NCBI RefSeq assembly: GCF_006345805.1
Contig: NC_043011.1
Span: 20,782,464 to 20,846,463, forward strand
Direction of reading: 5' to 3'
DNA: 64,000 nt
Source: Octopus sinensis
Lineage: Eukaryota
Below are positions 37,375-50,102 of this stretch, one piece after another. The first letter of the stretch is position 1. Each line of letters opens with the position of its first letter. Under the pieces are notes generated by a model. That model made no database searches. It had not been told where the DNA came from and was given only the letters and a program-made list of their open reading frames with translations. The position numbers and the translations under genes were made by a program.

Positions 37375-38520
37375 TGCAATCAAGCCCTATTCATAGCACT
37401 CGTGGAAACTCACCTCAGCCTTGATATAGAGGATGCAGAAGTACATGTACCAAAATATGCCATACTGCGAACAGACAGAAGAGAAAGGAGCCGTGGTGGA
37501 GTTGCTGTATACATTCGTGATGACCTCACACCCCAGGTCTTACTGTCATACTGAAATTTGGTATGTGACACTCTAATTGTATACATAACACAACATAATA
37601 TAGTCATATGCAATACATATTGCCCACCAGATGCTCCAAACCACATAGGCAAGTTTGAAGATTGCCTCACAAGAATTAAAGAAATCTTCATGAAACTGGA
37701 ACACAACGTGACCTTATTTCTTATGGGTGATTTCAACTTCCCCAATGTCAAATGGCCCAAAGGTCTCATGCTCTCAGGAATGGCTCATTGTAACAAGCAC
37801 AAGTGGAGTCCCTGCTCAACCTCACCAATGCCCTATTCATGGAGCAAGCTGTACTCAGACCGACTAAGGCGAATAACATTCTGGATCTCTGCTTCACTAA
37901 CAATATGGACATCATTCATGATATGAAAGTGACGCCAACATTAGTCTCGGATCACAACATAATAGAACTGTCTATGTTTGGGCCAAAAGTAACCAGAGAT
38001 ATACTGCCTAAGCACCCGAAATCTCTCCAATCTGAACTTCCACAAAGCAGACTGGAAATCAATCCAAAAAGAGATCCTCAGAGAGGACTGGCCGAAATGT
38101 CTCTCCACATCACACGAAATGTCTGTTGTGCAAGCTATATGCCAGAAATATGTCCCAGAGCACAAGGCCAAAACAAATAGGAACAAGATTCCAAGGGAGA
38201 GGAAGATCCTCATGAGACGACAGACGAAGTTTGCAAATTGACTCAATCAACATCCCAAAAGTAGCGAAAGATCCCGCCTGAAAACAACACTGATGGAAAT
38301 TGAAAAAAGGCTGCAACAATCCTATGTGAGGGAGAAAGCAGACAAAGAAGCCTGGGTTATAAAGAATATTAAGTCAAACCCAAAGGCCTTCTTTCATTAT
38401 GCGAAAGAAACAGCCTTAGTACACTGCAAGACAGGATCCCTCTTCCAACTAGGATCAGTGAGGTACTGAATGACCAGTTCAAAAGTGTCTTCACCACCCC
38501 GATGGAACACAGACAAGTGA
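37375..38520 (+). mobile_element. CR1-clade LINE AP-endonuclease region
   Basis: ALVETHL, RTDR..RGGVAVYIR, MGDFNFPNVKW and NILDLCFTN...SDHNII motifs. Confidence 0.88.
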
Positions 38521-38576
38521 ACGAACCAGTGGATTTCTCAAACAAATCACAATTTTCATATCTCCTGCGCTTGTAG

Positions 38577-38801
38577 GTATTACACAGCATCCTCTTCTGT
38601 TCTCAGTGTTGGTAAAATTTCCAGGTGAGTAAAACAGTAGAACACAGCGTCAACAAGTGGTTTCAATATACCTGTTAACATGTGCTTTCTCGCAGACAAA
38701 AGTATTCTTATGTTCGGCTTGATACTCTGGAAACAGGCATGAATGTATCAGTGGCTTACGATTGGCTAGAATTACCCAAAATTTCAAACTTTAATACCTA
38801 A
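38577..38801 (+). other. Two candidate exons (38577-38624 and 38696 onward) separated by a 71-nt GT-AG intron
   Basis: ttgtag acceptor, ccag|GTGAGT donor, gttaac branch-like site and ctttctcgcag acceptor. The frame stays open across the junction to TAA at 38799-38801. Confidence 0.3.
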
Positions 38802-40531
38802 TAACTCTTATTTATTGATTTATGGCGAAAATGATTATCAGGGCATTGATTAGCCTATAAAAATGTATTATTACACTGAATCAATTCGAACAGAAATTGA
38901 CCTTGGCAGCCAAATAGAAAAGATCCTTTTTTTTTTTTGTTCAGCCTATCACTTATTCTATTGGTGTCTTTTGCCAAACTGCTAAGTTATGGGAACATAA
39001 ACACACTAACATCGGTTGTCAAGTGGTGGTAGGGACAAACACAGACACAAAGACACATACATAGATATTTATATATATAGAGAGAGATGCAATGGGTTCC
39101 TTTTATTTTCTTATTTCTTTATTGCCCACAAGGGGCTAAACATAGAGGGGACAAACAAGGATTAAGTCGATTAGATCGACCCCAGTGCATAACTGGTACT
39201 TAATTTATCAGCCCCGAAAGGATGAAAGGCAAAGTCAACCTCGGTGGAATTTGAACTCGGAATATAAAGACAGATGAAATACCTATTTCTTTACTACCCA
39301 CAAAGGGCTAAACATAGAGAGAACAAACAAAGACAGACAAAGGGATTAAGTCGATTAGATCAACCCCAGTTCATAACTGGTACTTAATTTATCGACCCCG
39401 AAAGGATGAAAGGCAAAGATGACCTCGACGGAATTTGAACTCATAACGTAACAGCAGACGAAATACCGCTAAGCATGTCGCATGGAGTGCTAAGGTTTCT
39501 GCCAGCTCGCCGTCTTTTAGTTTCTGTCTACCAAATCCACTAAACAAAACTATGGTCGGCCCGAAGCTAAGTAAACATCATTTGCCCAAGGCGCCATGCA
39601 TTGGGACTGAACATGGAACCATGTCGTTGGGAAACAAGCATTTTAACACCCAACCATGCTTCTTTCTTGTCTCTGTTTATCTACAGTCTCTGTTATTTTT
39701 CATGCTAAAATATATTATTCCATTGCAAATGCTCTTGATGCTATGTGATAAAAATATCGATTGCTGCAGTGGTTTTGCAGTATTTTAATTCTATTGCATT
39801 CTGTTTTCTATCCTTACCATTCAGTACAAAATAAAATCATTTAATGCCACAGAAAATCTTTAAGCTATGAAGCATCGGCTTTATTCGAAGTCACTTAAAT
39901 TATTGATTTATTCTTTAAGCATCAAGTCTCAAGTATATTTACAGGCAAGTGGGTGTTAGAAGCAAAATGTTAAGTTGTGATGTTATGGTTTTCTGAAGTT
40001 TGGTTTTCGGCAGTGAGCTGGCAGAATCGTTAGCATGCCGGGCGAAATGTAGAGCGGTATTTCGTCTGTCTTTACGTTCTGGGTTCAAATTCTGCCGAGG
40101 TCGACTTTGCCTTTCATCCTTTCGTGGTCGATAAAATAAGTACCAGTTACGCACTGGAGTCGATATGATCGACTTAATCCATTTGTCTGTCCTTGTTTGT
40201 CCTCTCCGTGTTTAGCCCCTTGAGGGTAGTAAAGAAATAGGTTTTCTGAAGTGCATCAATGGTAGGCTTTCAGTGAAGTGGTCCTAACCAGTAATCAAAA
40301 TCTAGTACCAAACTTTTATCGTAGGACAGATATTTTCCCACTGCCATGCTGCACAGATGTGCCTTGTTTGGTCCATAGGTGCACGGGAAGTTTTTGAGAT
40401 GAGAAGGAAAATGCCATGGTTAAAAGAGAGAAAAAACTTTATCATTTATGAAACACAGTACCTTACAAAGTGCAATGTGAGTCTAAATCCCTGCTTTGAA
40501 ACAATTACACACACACACACACACACACATA

Positions 40532-41743
40532 CATGGTGCGTAAGATATTTGAGGACAGATTTATGTTTATAAGAAAACATATATAATAACAGATAATAAC
40601 TTTATTTATCAAAAAATGCTATGAGGATTAAAATAAACCTTCTTTTCTATAATGTTTTTCAATAAAGCCACCTTCAGCTTCAAGTCATCTACATGCTCGA
40701 ATCAAGTGGTCCTGGTTCATTTTGGACATTACTCTGACTATGGCAGATTTCATAGAGTCTTTGGTGTTATGGGCATATTCATTGACTTCTCGCTCTCCAC
40801 AATGCTCCACATGCAATAATCCAATGGATTGAGATCTGGGGAATTAGGAGGCCAAATGTTAGGGATTATGTGATTAAGAAAATTTTCAACCATCCATTCC
40901 TATGTTACTTGAGGCATATGTCATAGTGCAGAGTCTTACAGAAACACATATGGCCTTCCATTGCCTACACTGTCTATCCAGGGCTTAACAATCATTTCCA
41001 AGACCTCAATGTATGAGGCAGAGTTTAAATCTAAGGCCTTGTGGAAAGAAGTAAGGAGGCATCACACACCCTTCATTGCTGACAACCCCTAAAACCATCA
41101 CAGTTGCAGGAAATTTTGTATGCATCACACTTGGAACTTCAGAAGAGTCTGCACATAACCATCTGTCATTTCTTCTGTTAACTTTTTGATCTTGGTCAAA
41201 GTTTTTCTCATTTGAGAAAAACCAAATCAAGTCTTCTTCTGCTGGATTTTTCAGATTTGATGTAGTGATTCTTTTTTTTTTTTTTTGGCTTTTTCTAACA
41301 TAAATTCACCTTTCCTCATCATATAAGACTTATATATGATGTATTTGTGGAGAACATTTCTGACTGTTCTTTCTGACACATGGAGATCTTTTGCAGTTGA
41401 CCTCATGGACTTTCTGGGATTGAAATCAATGGCCTGTTGAACTTGCTGGATAAATTCAGGTGTTCTGATGATTTCAGAGCATTTAGAATGCTTTTTATGC
41501 TTTGATACTGATAATACATTTCCATCTTCAGTCTCTAGCTCCTTACAAACTTTGTAGATGAAAGATATGGCAACTTTTAAAACTCAATATATTTCTAAAT
41601 CATTATGTTCAACCTTTATAGCCACAATAACAGCATGTCTCTTCATTTCTTGAGTAAGGTGAGGGTCTGCCATTATTATTTTCTGAAACAAAGATCAGTT
41701 ATGACCCCCAAAAGGTATGCCCTCAAATACCTTATGCTCCCTG
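40532..41743 (-). mobile_element. Full-length decayed maT/DD37D-type Tc1-mariner element
   Basis: FFSNEKNFDQDQKVNRRNDRWL...HTKFPATVMVLGVVSNEG, with SPDLNPLDY downstream. Approximately 23-bp TIRs catggtgcgtaagatatttgagg / cagggagcataaggtatttgagg. Confidence 0.85.
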
Positions 41744-41749
41744 TGTATG

Positions 41750-41798
<49 letters not shown>

Positions 41799-41814
41799 TC
41801 ACACACACACACAC

Positions 41815-41856
<42 letters not shown>

Positions 41857-42541
41857 TTTGGGAGTATAACTCCAAACTTACAGGGAAAAATTCAATTTAG
41901 TATTAAATCAAATTTCACAATATAAATATATAATACATATAAATTAGAGAAAAACCACTATTATATAATTCAAACAATGATACACATGAACCATATCATA
42001 TAGAAAAAAATAAAATATATTATAAAACATATATCTAGATCACAAAAAGTACATAACAATGAAGATCACAAAAAGTACATAATAATGAATAAACATTATA
42101 TAATAAGTACTTATATAATAAGTTTATTCATTATTATGTACTTTTTGTGATCTAGATATATGTTTTATAACATGTTTTAGTTTTTCTATATGATATGGTT
42201 TATGTGTATCATTGTTTGAATTATATAATAGTGTTTTTTCTTTAATTTATATATATATATATATATAAATAGTAAATCTAAAAAAGAATAAACACAAAAA
42301 ACAACAACGAGAGGACATGGTACATGTAAAGTATTAGCAGACACTCAGGGAAGGAAAGAAAGATGGTTTAACGTTTTGAGCAGATGCTCTTCTTCCGAAA
42401 TAGAGGAAAGTCCAATAGAAGGGAAGATGGAGGAAGAAAATCGCCAACGATTCACATGTGGTTACATTTTGATATATATATATATATATATATCATCATC
42501 ATTTAACGTTCGTTTTCCATGCTAGCATGGGTTGGACGGTT

Positions 42542-42587
<46 letters not shown>

Positions 42588-42974
42588 ACAAGGAGCTTTT
42601 TTGTGGTTACCGCAGGATTCTATAATCCATATATTGCACATTTAACTTATATGAGTTTATATAACTATAGATTCGGGCCGACCGAAGCTTTGTGAGTATA
42701 TTTGGTAAACAGAAACTGAAAGAATTCCGTCATATCTATATGTGCATACGTGTGTGTGTATGTGTGTGTGTGTGTGTGCTCCAGTACTGCTCAACAACTG
42801 ATGTTGTATTTACATTCCGGTAACCTGGCTAAGAAACCGATAGAACAAGTGCCGGGCCTAACAAAATAAATATGTACTGGTGTCGATTCATTCATCTAAA
42901 AATTTTTTGAGGCGGTGCTTCAGCATGGCCGCAGTCTAAAAGATAAACGACATACATACATACATACACAAGAC

Positions 42975-43686
42975 CACTACATTACATCACACTTTGAAGG
43001 CTATGCGTTTGCAATCCAGGAACAGAAGATTGCCACAAAGTACCTAGTGAACAAGAGAGACAGTGATGCTTTTGCAATCCCAAGGTGCAACTGCATATGT
43101 AGGCTATGTCATGTTACTGTGGAAGACAATACGCATGTGATTAACAGCTGTCCTAAAATGTCATCGCGGTACTATCTCACTATGCGGCCCGATGTTGCTC
43201 AAACAATTTACAGTGTCATCCACAAAAAACACTGTTCTGAAATAAACTTTGAAAATCCCTCTCTGTTATAGAATACATTCATAAACACCAACTCAAGGAA
43301 TACTAGTGGAATATTCCCATCAAAACTTCTTTCAAATGTAAGCATAATAAGCCAGATATTGTTGTTTGGGACAGAGGGGCAAAGGTATGTACCATCATAG
43401 AGGTCAGCTGCCCTGTAGTTATAATATCTCTTCGAAAATCAAAGAAAAAGAGGATATCTATGGACAACTGCTTCGAAACCGCCAAGCTTCTATATCCAGA
43501 ATATGAATTCATATTCATACCAATAATAATTGGAGCACTAGGTTTTGTTAGTAAATGCTTAAAGGAGAAGCTGGATAAACTGGGATTTTCAGAAAGAGAA
43601 ATCGACTGGCTAATTCGTACATTACAACTGCAATCTGTGAGTGGAACAGTAAAAATATGCAAGACTTTTATCAAGTTCCAAATATG
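42975..43686 (+). mobile_element. R4/Dong-like LINE C-terminus (CCHC knuckle plus restriction-like endonuclease)
   Basis: CRLC...THVINSCP, HNKPDIVVWD...IIEVSCP and IPIIIGALG motifs. Confidence 0.82.
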
Positions 43687-44220
43687 AATTTGTCTGTGTT
43701 AACTACATTCCAAAGATGGAGTCTTGTATCTTTGTTGGAAACCAGCTCCCTCTTCAGTGGAAGATTTATAATAATTAAAAAAATAGAATAGACTATATCC
43801 ATACACATGCGTTACATATGTGCCATCAATAATTACTCAGAGTAGGCTGTTGGTTACGTTTATGTAGTGAAACACCAAAAAATAAGCGAAACACAAGCGC
43901 GCTACTGAGTTGAAGGCAGATATACTGCTGCCTTTATAAAGCATAAAGAAAACGTTGTTGTAGGAATGTACGCAACACATGTACTACAGCAGTACTATGC
44001 ATAGCTTCAATACTGAGATTCGAAAGGAAGGGCGAATTATGCCTACCTAATCTACAAAAAAAATTAAATATTTTGTATTTATGCATAATAATCAGAGTAA
44101 CCTTCATAGTTTTATTGGATTATGTGCAGATTTTGCCATAAAAGGAAAATGTTACAATCCATCTATTTTATTCAGGGTAGGCACTGCCTACTTTTGCTAC
44201 CCACGCGGCACATTCCTGGT

Positions 44221-44815
44221 ATCATCATCATCATCGTTTAACGTCCGCTTTCCATGTTAGCATGGGTTGGACGATTTTGACTGAGGGCTGGTGAACCAGA
44301 CGGCCGCACCAGGCTCCAATATTGATCTGGCAGAGTTTCTACAGCTGGATGCCTTTCCTAACGCCAACCACTCCGAGAGTGTAATGCGTGCTTTTTATGT
44401 GCCACCGGCACGGGGCCAGTCAGGCGGTACTGGCAACAACCTCGCTCGGATCCTTTTACATATGCCACCAGCACAAGTGCCAGTAAGGTGACGTTAGTAA
44501 CGATCACACTCAAATGGTGCCCTTTTACGTGCCACCGGCATGAAGCCAGTTGGCTGCTCTGGCAACGATCATTCTCGGATGGTGCTCTTCGCACCCTACT
44601 AGCACAGGCACAAGTGCCAGTAAGGCGACACTGGTAACGATCACGCTCGAATGGTACCCTTTTATGTGCCACTGGCGCAGAAGCCAGTTAGCTACTCTGT
44701 CAACGATCACCCTCGTATGGTACTCTTTGCAACCTGCTAGCACGGATGCCAGTCGTCGAATTTGATTTGATTTTGATTTCACTTGCCTCAACAGGTCTTC
44801 GCAAGCAGAGTTTAA
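44221..44815 (-). mobile_element. RTE 3'-tail element with about 6 diverged array units
   Basis: (CAT)n, catgttagcatgg and repeated ttttacgtgccaccggca units. Confidence 0.8.
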
Positions 44816-46183
44816 TGACCAAGGAAAGAAAAGGTATCTATATACATACACATGCGTACGTATATGAGTGTATATGCAATTCCAATGAACAGAGAATTTA
44901 TTTTGTGTGGTATTTAATATATCTTTATTCGCTGTTATTTATCTTTTTTATTTTTGTTTTCTTCTTTCACTCATGGACTTTGGCCATGCTGTAGCACTGT
45001 CTTGAAGAGTTTAGTCGAACAAATCGGTACCAGTATTTATTTTTTTAAAGTCTGGTACATATTCTCTCAGTATTTTTTGCCGAACTGCTATACTACAGGG
45101 ATGTATACAAACCAACACCGGTTTTCAAGTGGTAGTGGGAGACAAACACAAGAACACGCACATGCACGGCAGGCATCTTTCAGTTTCCACCTACCAAATT
45201 CGCTCACAAGGTTATAGTAGAAGACTCTTGCCTAAGGTGTCATGCTGTAGGATTGAGCTTCGGAATCATGTGAACTCTACACTACTGGTTACAGAGTTGT
45301 TTCTATTAGTTCATTAGTTCAACGAAATATACACCACTGGAAGTTCTTGTTGACAAACAACGGCAGTAATTTTATTCAGCTGAATACACATCATTGATTG
45401 GTTGAAATTACCGAAAGACAAGAACTTTAACGTGAAATAACTTCGTAAATATAAGTTTTTCCCTAAAATGCTAAGAGTAAAAGATATTTTATGACACATT
45501 CTACCAGTGTCCGAAGTTTGAAAGTGTTTAGTTACAAAATATTATTTTTTAAATCTGTTGGTCAAAAGGTAAATCTGTTGGTCAAAAGGTAAAGATCCCA
45601 TTTTTGTTCTACTTACGTAAATTACTCTATAACATAAATGTTTCACTCTTTTCGCATACGTTTCACCTCTGCTGGAAACAAGATAGAATAATTACTGTGT
45701 TGATGATGCTTTAGACAAAATCTGTGCTGACCTCAGTGAAACAGCAGCATTTTTTAAGAGCAATCTGCTAAATAACCTTTCGAACACACAATCCGTTTTC
45801 TTTTTTTGTTTTCCCTATTTTTTTTTCTTTTCTTTGTTGAAAGAAACAAAAAATCATTCTGAAAAATAATTGTGACCTTTATCACTGTCTTTCGACTATT
45901 AAACGTTTCCTGCTCTACTTTGTAAGCTGCTGTAATTTTGTGGTCAAAATAGATGAATTTAATTTTTTTTTTTATTTTTTAAACAATGGATACATTGCAT
46001 CAGACGTAGTCGTGTGGTTAAGAAGCTTACTTCCCAACCATATAGTCTTGGGATCAGTCCCAATGTATGGCGCCTATAGCAAGAGTCTGGAGTCTTTTAC
46101 TATAACCCCGGGCTGACCAAACCTTTGTGCGTGGTAGACGGAAACTGAAAGATGTTCGTTGTATATATATAGTGTGTGTGTAT

Positions 46184-46709
46184 GGAGGCGCAATGGCCCA
46201 GCGGTTAGGGTAGCAGACTCGCGGTCGTGGGCTCATGGTTTTGATTCCCAGACCGGGCGTTGTGAGTGTTTATTGAGTGAAAACACCTAAAAGCTTAACA
46301 AGGCTCCGCCAGGGGTGGTGATGGAGAACCCTGCTGTATTCTTTCACCACAACTTTCTCTTGCTCTTTCTTCTTGCTTGGAACAGCCTGCTCGTGAAATT
46401 AATATGCAAGAGGCTGAATACTCCACAGACACATGTACCCTTAACATAGTTCTCAGGGAGATCCAGCATCACACAGAGTGGGACAAGGCTGGCCTCTTTG
46501 AAATACAGGTACAACAGAAACAGGAAGAAAGAGTGAGAGAAAGTTGTGGTGAAAGAGTACAGCAGGGTTCATCACCACCACCTGCCGGAGCCTCGTGGAG
46601 CTTTTAGGTTTTTCGCTCAATAAACAATCACAGCGCCCGGTCTGGGAATTGAAACTGCGATCCTACAACCGCGAGTCCACTACCCTAATTCCTGGGCCAT
46701 TGCGCCTCC
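46184..46709. mobile_element. SINE3 inverted pair: 46184-46377 (+) and 46378-46709 (-)
   Basis: tRNA-like head ggaggcgcaatggcccag..gttagg..gattcccagacc at both outer ends. Confidence 0.8.
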
Positions 46710-46864
46710 ACTGGCTAACATAGGCTAATAGTTAAAATATACACGCGTGCGTACACACACACACATATAAGTTACTTAAGAGCAAAGAGTTTCGTGAGTT
46801 ACATATCACATTTGCTCAAGATTTACGTATTAAATTCCATTTCACCTGCTTCTCTCTCTATTTC

Positions 46865-46949
<85 letters not shown>

Positions 46950-47034
46950 AGATTTACTGTAGGGACTTCATAGTGGCGGTTGGGGTAACAGTATTAATAA
47001 AATAGAAGATGGAATGTGTTATAGACTTTATTGG

Positions 47035-47188
47035 GTGCAACACGTTTCGGCCTGTTCTGGGTCTCTTCAGGTACATTTCGAATTTGACGGACATATAGCA
47101 GTGCGTAAGCCGACTCAAGAAATCTCTAGTGAGACTTTTTATTGATGCACCTGAAAAGACCCATAACGGGTCGAAACATGTGTTGTAC
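47035..47188. ncRNA. Divergent pair of degenerate hammerheads: 47035-47074 (-) and 47147-47188 (+)
   Basis: Minus: CUGAAGA...GAAACGUGUU. Plus: CUGAAAA GACCC-auaac-GGGUC GAAACAUGUGUU. Both lie in approximately 80-nt inverted arms (46997-47075 and 47147-47225). Confidence 0.5.
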
Positions 47189-47231
47189 CAAATAAAGTCT
47201 ATTACACATTCCCTCTCCTATTTTGTATATA

Positions 47232-47559
47232 TAGCTCAGTGGCTAGAGTTTCAGGCACACAATCATGAGGTAGTGAGTTCGATTCCCGGACTGGGCGGTA
47301 TGTTGTGTTCTTGACGAAGACACTTTATCTCATGTTGCTCCAGTTTACTCAACTGTAAAAATGAGTTACGACGTCACTGGTAACAATCCATATCGGCCTT
47401 TGCCTTTCTTTTGGATAACATCGGTGGCATGGAGAGGGGAGGCTGGTATGAATGGCCGACTGCTGGTCTTCATTAAGCAACCTTGCCCAGACTTGTGTCT
47501 CGGAGGGTAACTTTCTAGGTGCAATCCCATGGTCATTCATGACCGAAGAGGGTCTTTAC
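47232..47559 (+). mobile_element. SINE4 (tRNA-derived head)
   Basis: tagctcagtggctagag...gagttcgattcccgg followed by gttcttgacgaagacacttta. Confidence 0.7.
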
Positions 47560-47569
47560 TCTTCGTGTG

Positions 47570-48140
47570 TGTGTGTGTGTGTATTTGCGCGTGTTTGCTT
47601 GTGTCAGTCTTTGTGTCTATGTTTATCCCCACCACCACTTGGCAACCACAGTTGGTGAGTCTGTATTCCCGTAACCTGTAACTTAGCGGTTCGGCAAAAA
47701 GAATTCGATAGAATAAGTACCCGGCTTAAAGACAAAACAAGTAAAAGGATTATATAGGCGTAGAAGTGGCTGTGTGGTAAGTAGCTTGCTTACCAACCAC
47801 ATGGTTCCGGGGTCAGTCCCATTGCGTGGCACCTTGGGTAAGTGTCTTCTACTATAGCCTCGGGCTGACCAAAGCCTTGTGAGTGGATTTGGTAGACGGA
47901 AACTGAAAGAAGCCTGTCGTATATATACATATGTGTGTGTGTGTGTGTGCGTGCATGTTTGTATGACTGTATTTGTCCCCCCAATATCGCTGACAACCGA
48001 TGCTGGTGTTTACGCCGCTGTAACCTAGCGGTTCGGCAAAAGAGACCGATAGAATAAGTACTGAGCTTACAAAGAATAAGTCTTGGGGTCGATTTGCTCG
48101 ACTAAAGGTGGTGCTCCAGCATGGCCACAGTCAAATGACA
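47570..48140 (+). mobile_element. SINE1 (47757-48140) preceded by a 3' half; degraded copies also at 38930-39060, 42676-42935, 44950-45290 and 45995-46165
   Basis: Family match. Confidence 0.8.
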
Positions 48141-48836
48141 GAGTATACATATGTCGATGACAGTATTGTCCTACGTGTCTTTTTTACTTTCTATTTTTGA
48201 AGAACAGTTTGAAATTTAGCTACTATTTCTAGCAGATCGAGCGATCGCGAAGATGGTTCCTTTACTTTGCATTTTCTCTATGTATGTATGCATGCGTGCA
48301 TGCATTTGTGTGGGTATGGAAGTGTGAGGATGAGGTGAACTAGTGTGTGTGTGTGTGCGCCCGCGCACACATTCACATTCATGCCTGCTTCACAAGTTGA
48401 AAGGAGTCCCCTATTATGACCTACTGAACTTCGATGACATTAAATATTCATAGGTTCCGTGTCTTATGTTGTCTATTCTCAGAGTCTTACAACTGTTTTT
48501 CGATTCGTGCTTTCGTAAAGACCATTTCATCGATTGAAATACACACGCGCGCGCGTAAGTGTGTGCGTGTGTAGAGCGTAATGTAGAATTTCTACGCATG
48601 TGTATCCCTGTTTACGTACCGGCATCTCATACAATTGAATGTATAAAAAAACAAATAGCCACTTTCCCTCCATAAACACGCGGAAATATTGCTATTCTGC
48701 CCTACAATACTGCACAAATGTATGTGTCAGTGTGTGAGCATATATATAAAATTATGGATATGGTAGAAACGCGAGAAAGGCCAAAATTGTTAGTGAAGAA
48801 CAAATCTTTAGTAAGCAGTAAAACAAAACTAGCTGC

Positions 48837-48987
48837 ATGGTTGGGAGTAGTTTCAGCTGCACCCGGTTTGATGTGATAGCTGCATGGACAACAGAGGGGG
48901 CAGAAACATGCTGCAGTGTGGACCAAAAGAACCCGGACATTCCTTGGTTGCACCAATGTTGTTTGGAATCATTGAGGATTGGATACG
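48837..48987 (+). CDS. Candidate first coding exon, possibly of the NHL gene
   Basis: ATG at 48837 opens 50 codons (MVGSSFSCTRFDVIAAW...LESLRIGY) ending at a G|GTGAGT donor in phase 1, matching the NHL acceptor phase. Unique sequence; no homology recognised. Confidence 0.3.
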
Positions 48988-49671
48988 GTGAGTTTAAAAT
49001 CTTTGTTCTCTAGTCGACAGCTGAAGAAAGTAGTATCTCACCTTGCAAATTGTATGTAAAATATTGTGAAAACAGGCATTATCTCTGATTTGTAAAGGAA
49101 AATGGCACTTATTGTATTCATACCTTCCATAATATTGGCTAGACATCCGTTAATTTTGAGTGTAATACAAGAAGGTAAGATCGAGAAAGAAAAGCGAAAA
49201 GAGAAGAGAGAGAGAAACAAGAAAACAATGAAACAGAAATAACGGGAATTTAATGAGAAGAAAAGAGAGAGAACCGAGAAGACAGTGTAAGAGGGTGAAA
49301 TAAGAAGAAAGAAGTGAGAGAAGAAACGGAAATAAAAGATGAGAGAAAAGAGAGAGAGAGAGGGAGAGAGAGATTTAAGAAACAATTTGAGATGCTCTCG
49401 TTGGAATACTTGTGAACTGTAACTGCCACCCCTGTACTAAGACACAATCATCATCGGACAACAACAATCCCATGTAACAAAACCTACCTACACATTTCTT
49501 CATCCTAACTTATCCCAACAAAGGGATACCTCAGCGTCACCCAACCACATCCTTGTGTTAAATTTATTTATCTAGTGTAAGAAAAATAGATTCTGAGGTC
49601 TGCAGCGGCTATTTTTCTTTCTACATGGTAAAGTATACATTTTTATTTTACATTCTTTAATTACGTATATC

Positions 49672-50102
49672 GTTGGTTGTTGCTTAGTCCCCGAGTGAGC
49701 TCTAAAGAAACAGACCTACGATGTAAGACATTTCAACCGTGACCATTGCGTATCTGTTTCAGATATTTCAAGACAGTTGGGTATAATTTGAGGGGGATTT
49801 GGCTGTTATTTCTAGCACGTCGAACAATCATACAAGGGCACTCTCGCGTAACTTCTAAATATAGACGACCACTGCAGCTTCCTGATACTTCAGGAAGGTC
49901 CTATATGTCCCTGTATCACTGGCATTTTTTAGCCCAGGTCAATTGTTATCGAACATTCCAGCTGTGACCATTCCGTATTTTTAAGGATAGCCGAGACTAC
50001 ACTTTCTGATGTGTTCTTCCTTGTTTAAGTCAGTAGGGTTTAATCTGAGAGGGATTCGGCGGCTATTTCTTGAAAATCGAGTGACCGCACCGAAGCTTCC
50101 AG
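49672..50102 (+). repeat. Unclassified dispersed repeat, two copies here; also 51505-51902, 54185-54395 and 62385-62650
   Basis: Shared ttgttgtttagccccaggtc...tgagggagatttggctgctatttctagc...gaccacgtagaggct pattern. Confidence 0.6.

Noticed and set aside
45690-45800. Possible coiled-coil exon (CVDDALDKICADLSETAAFF)
   Set aside because: Weak acceptor, no donor and no recognisable homology.
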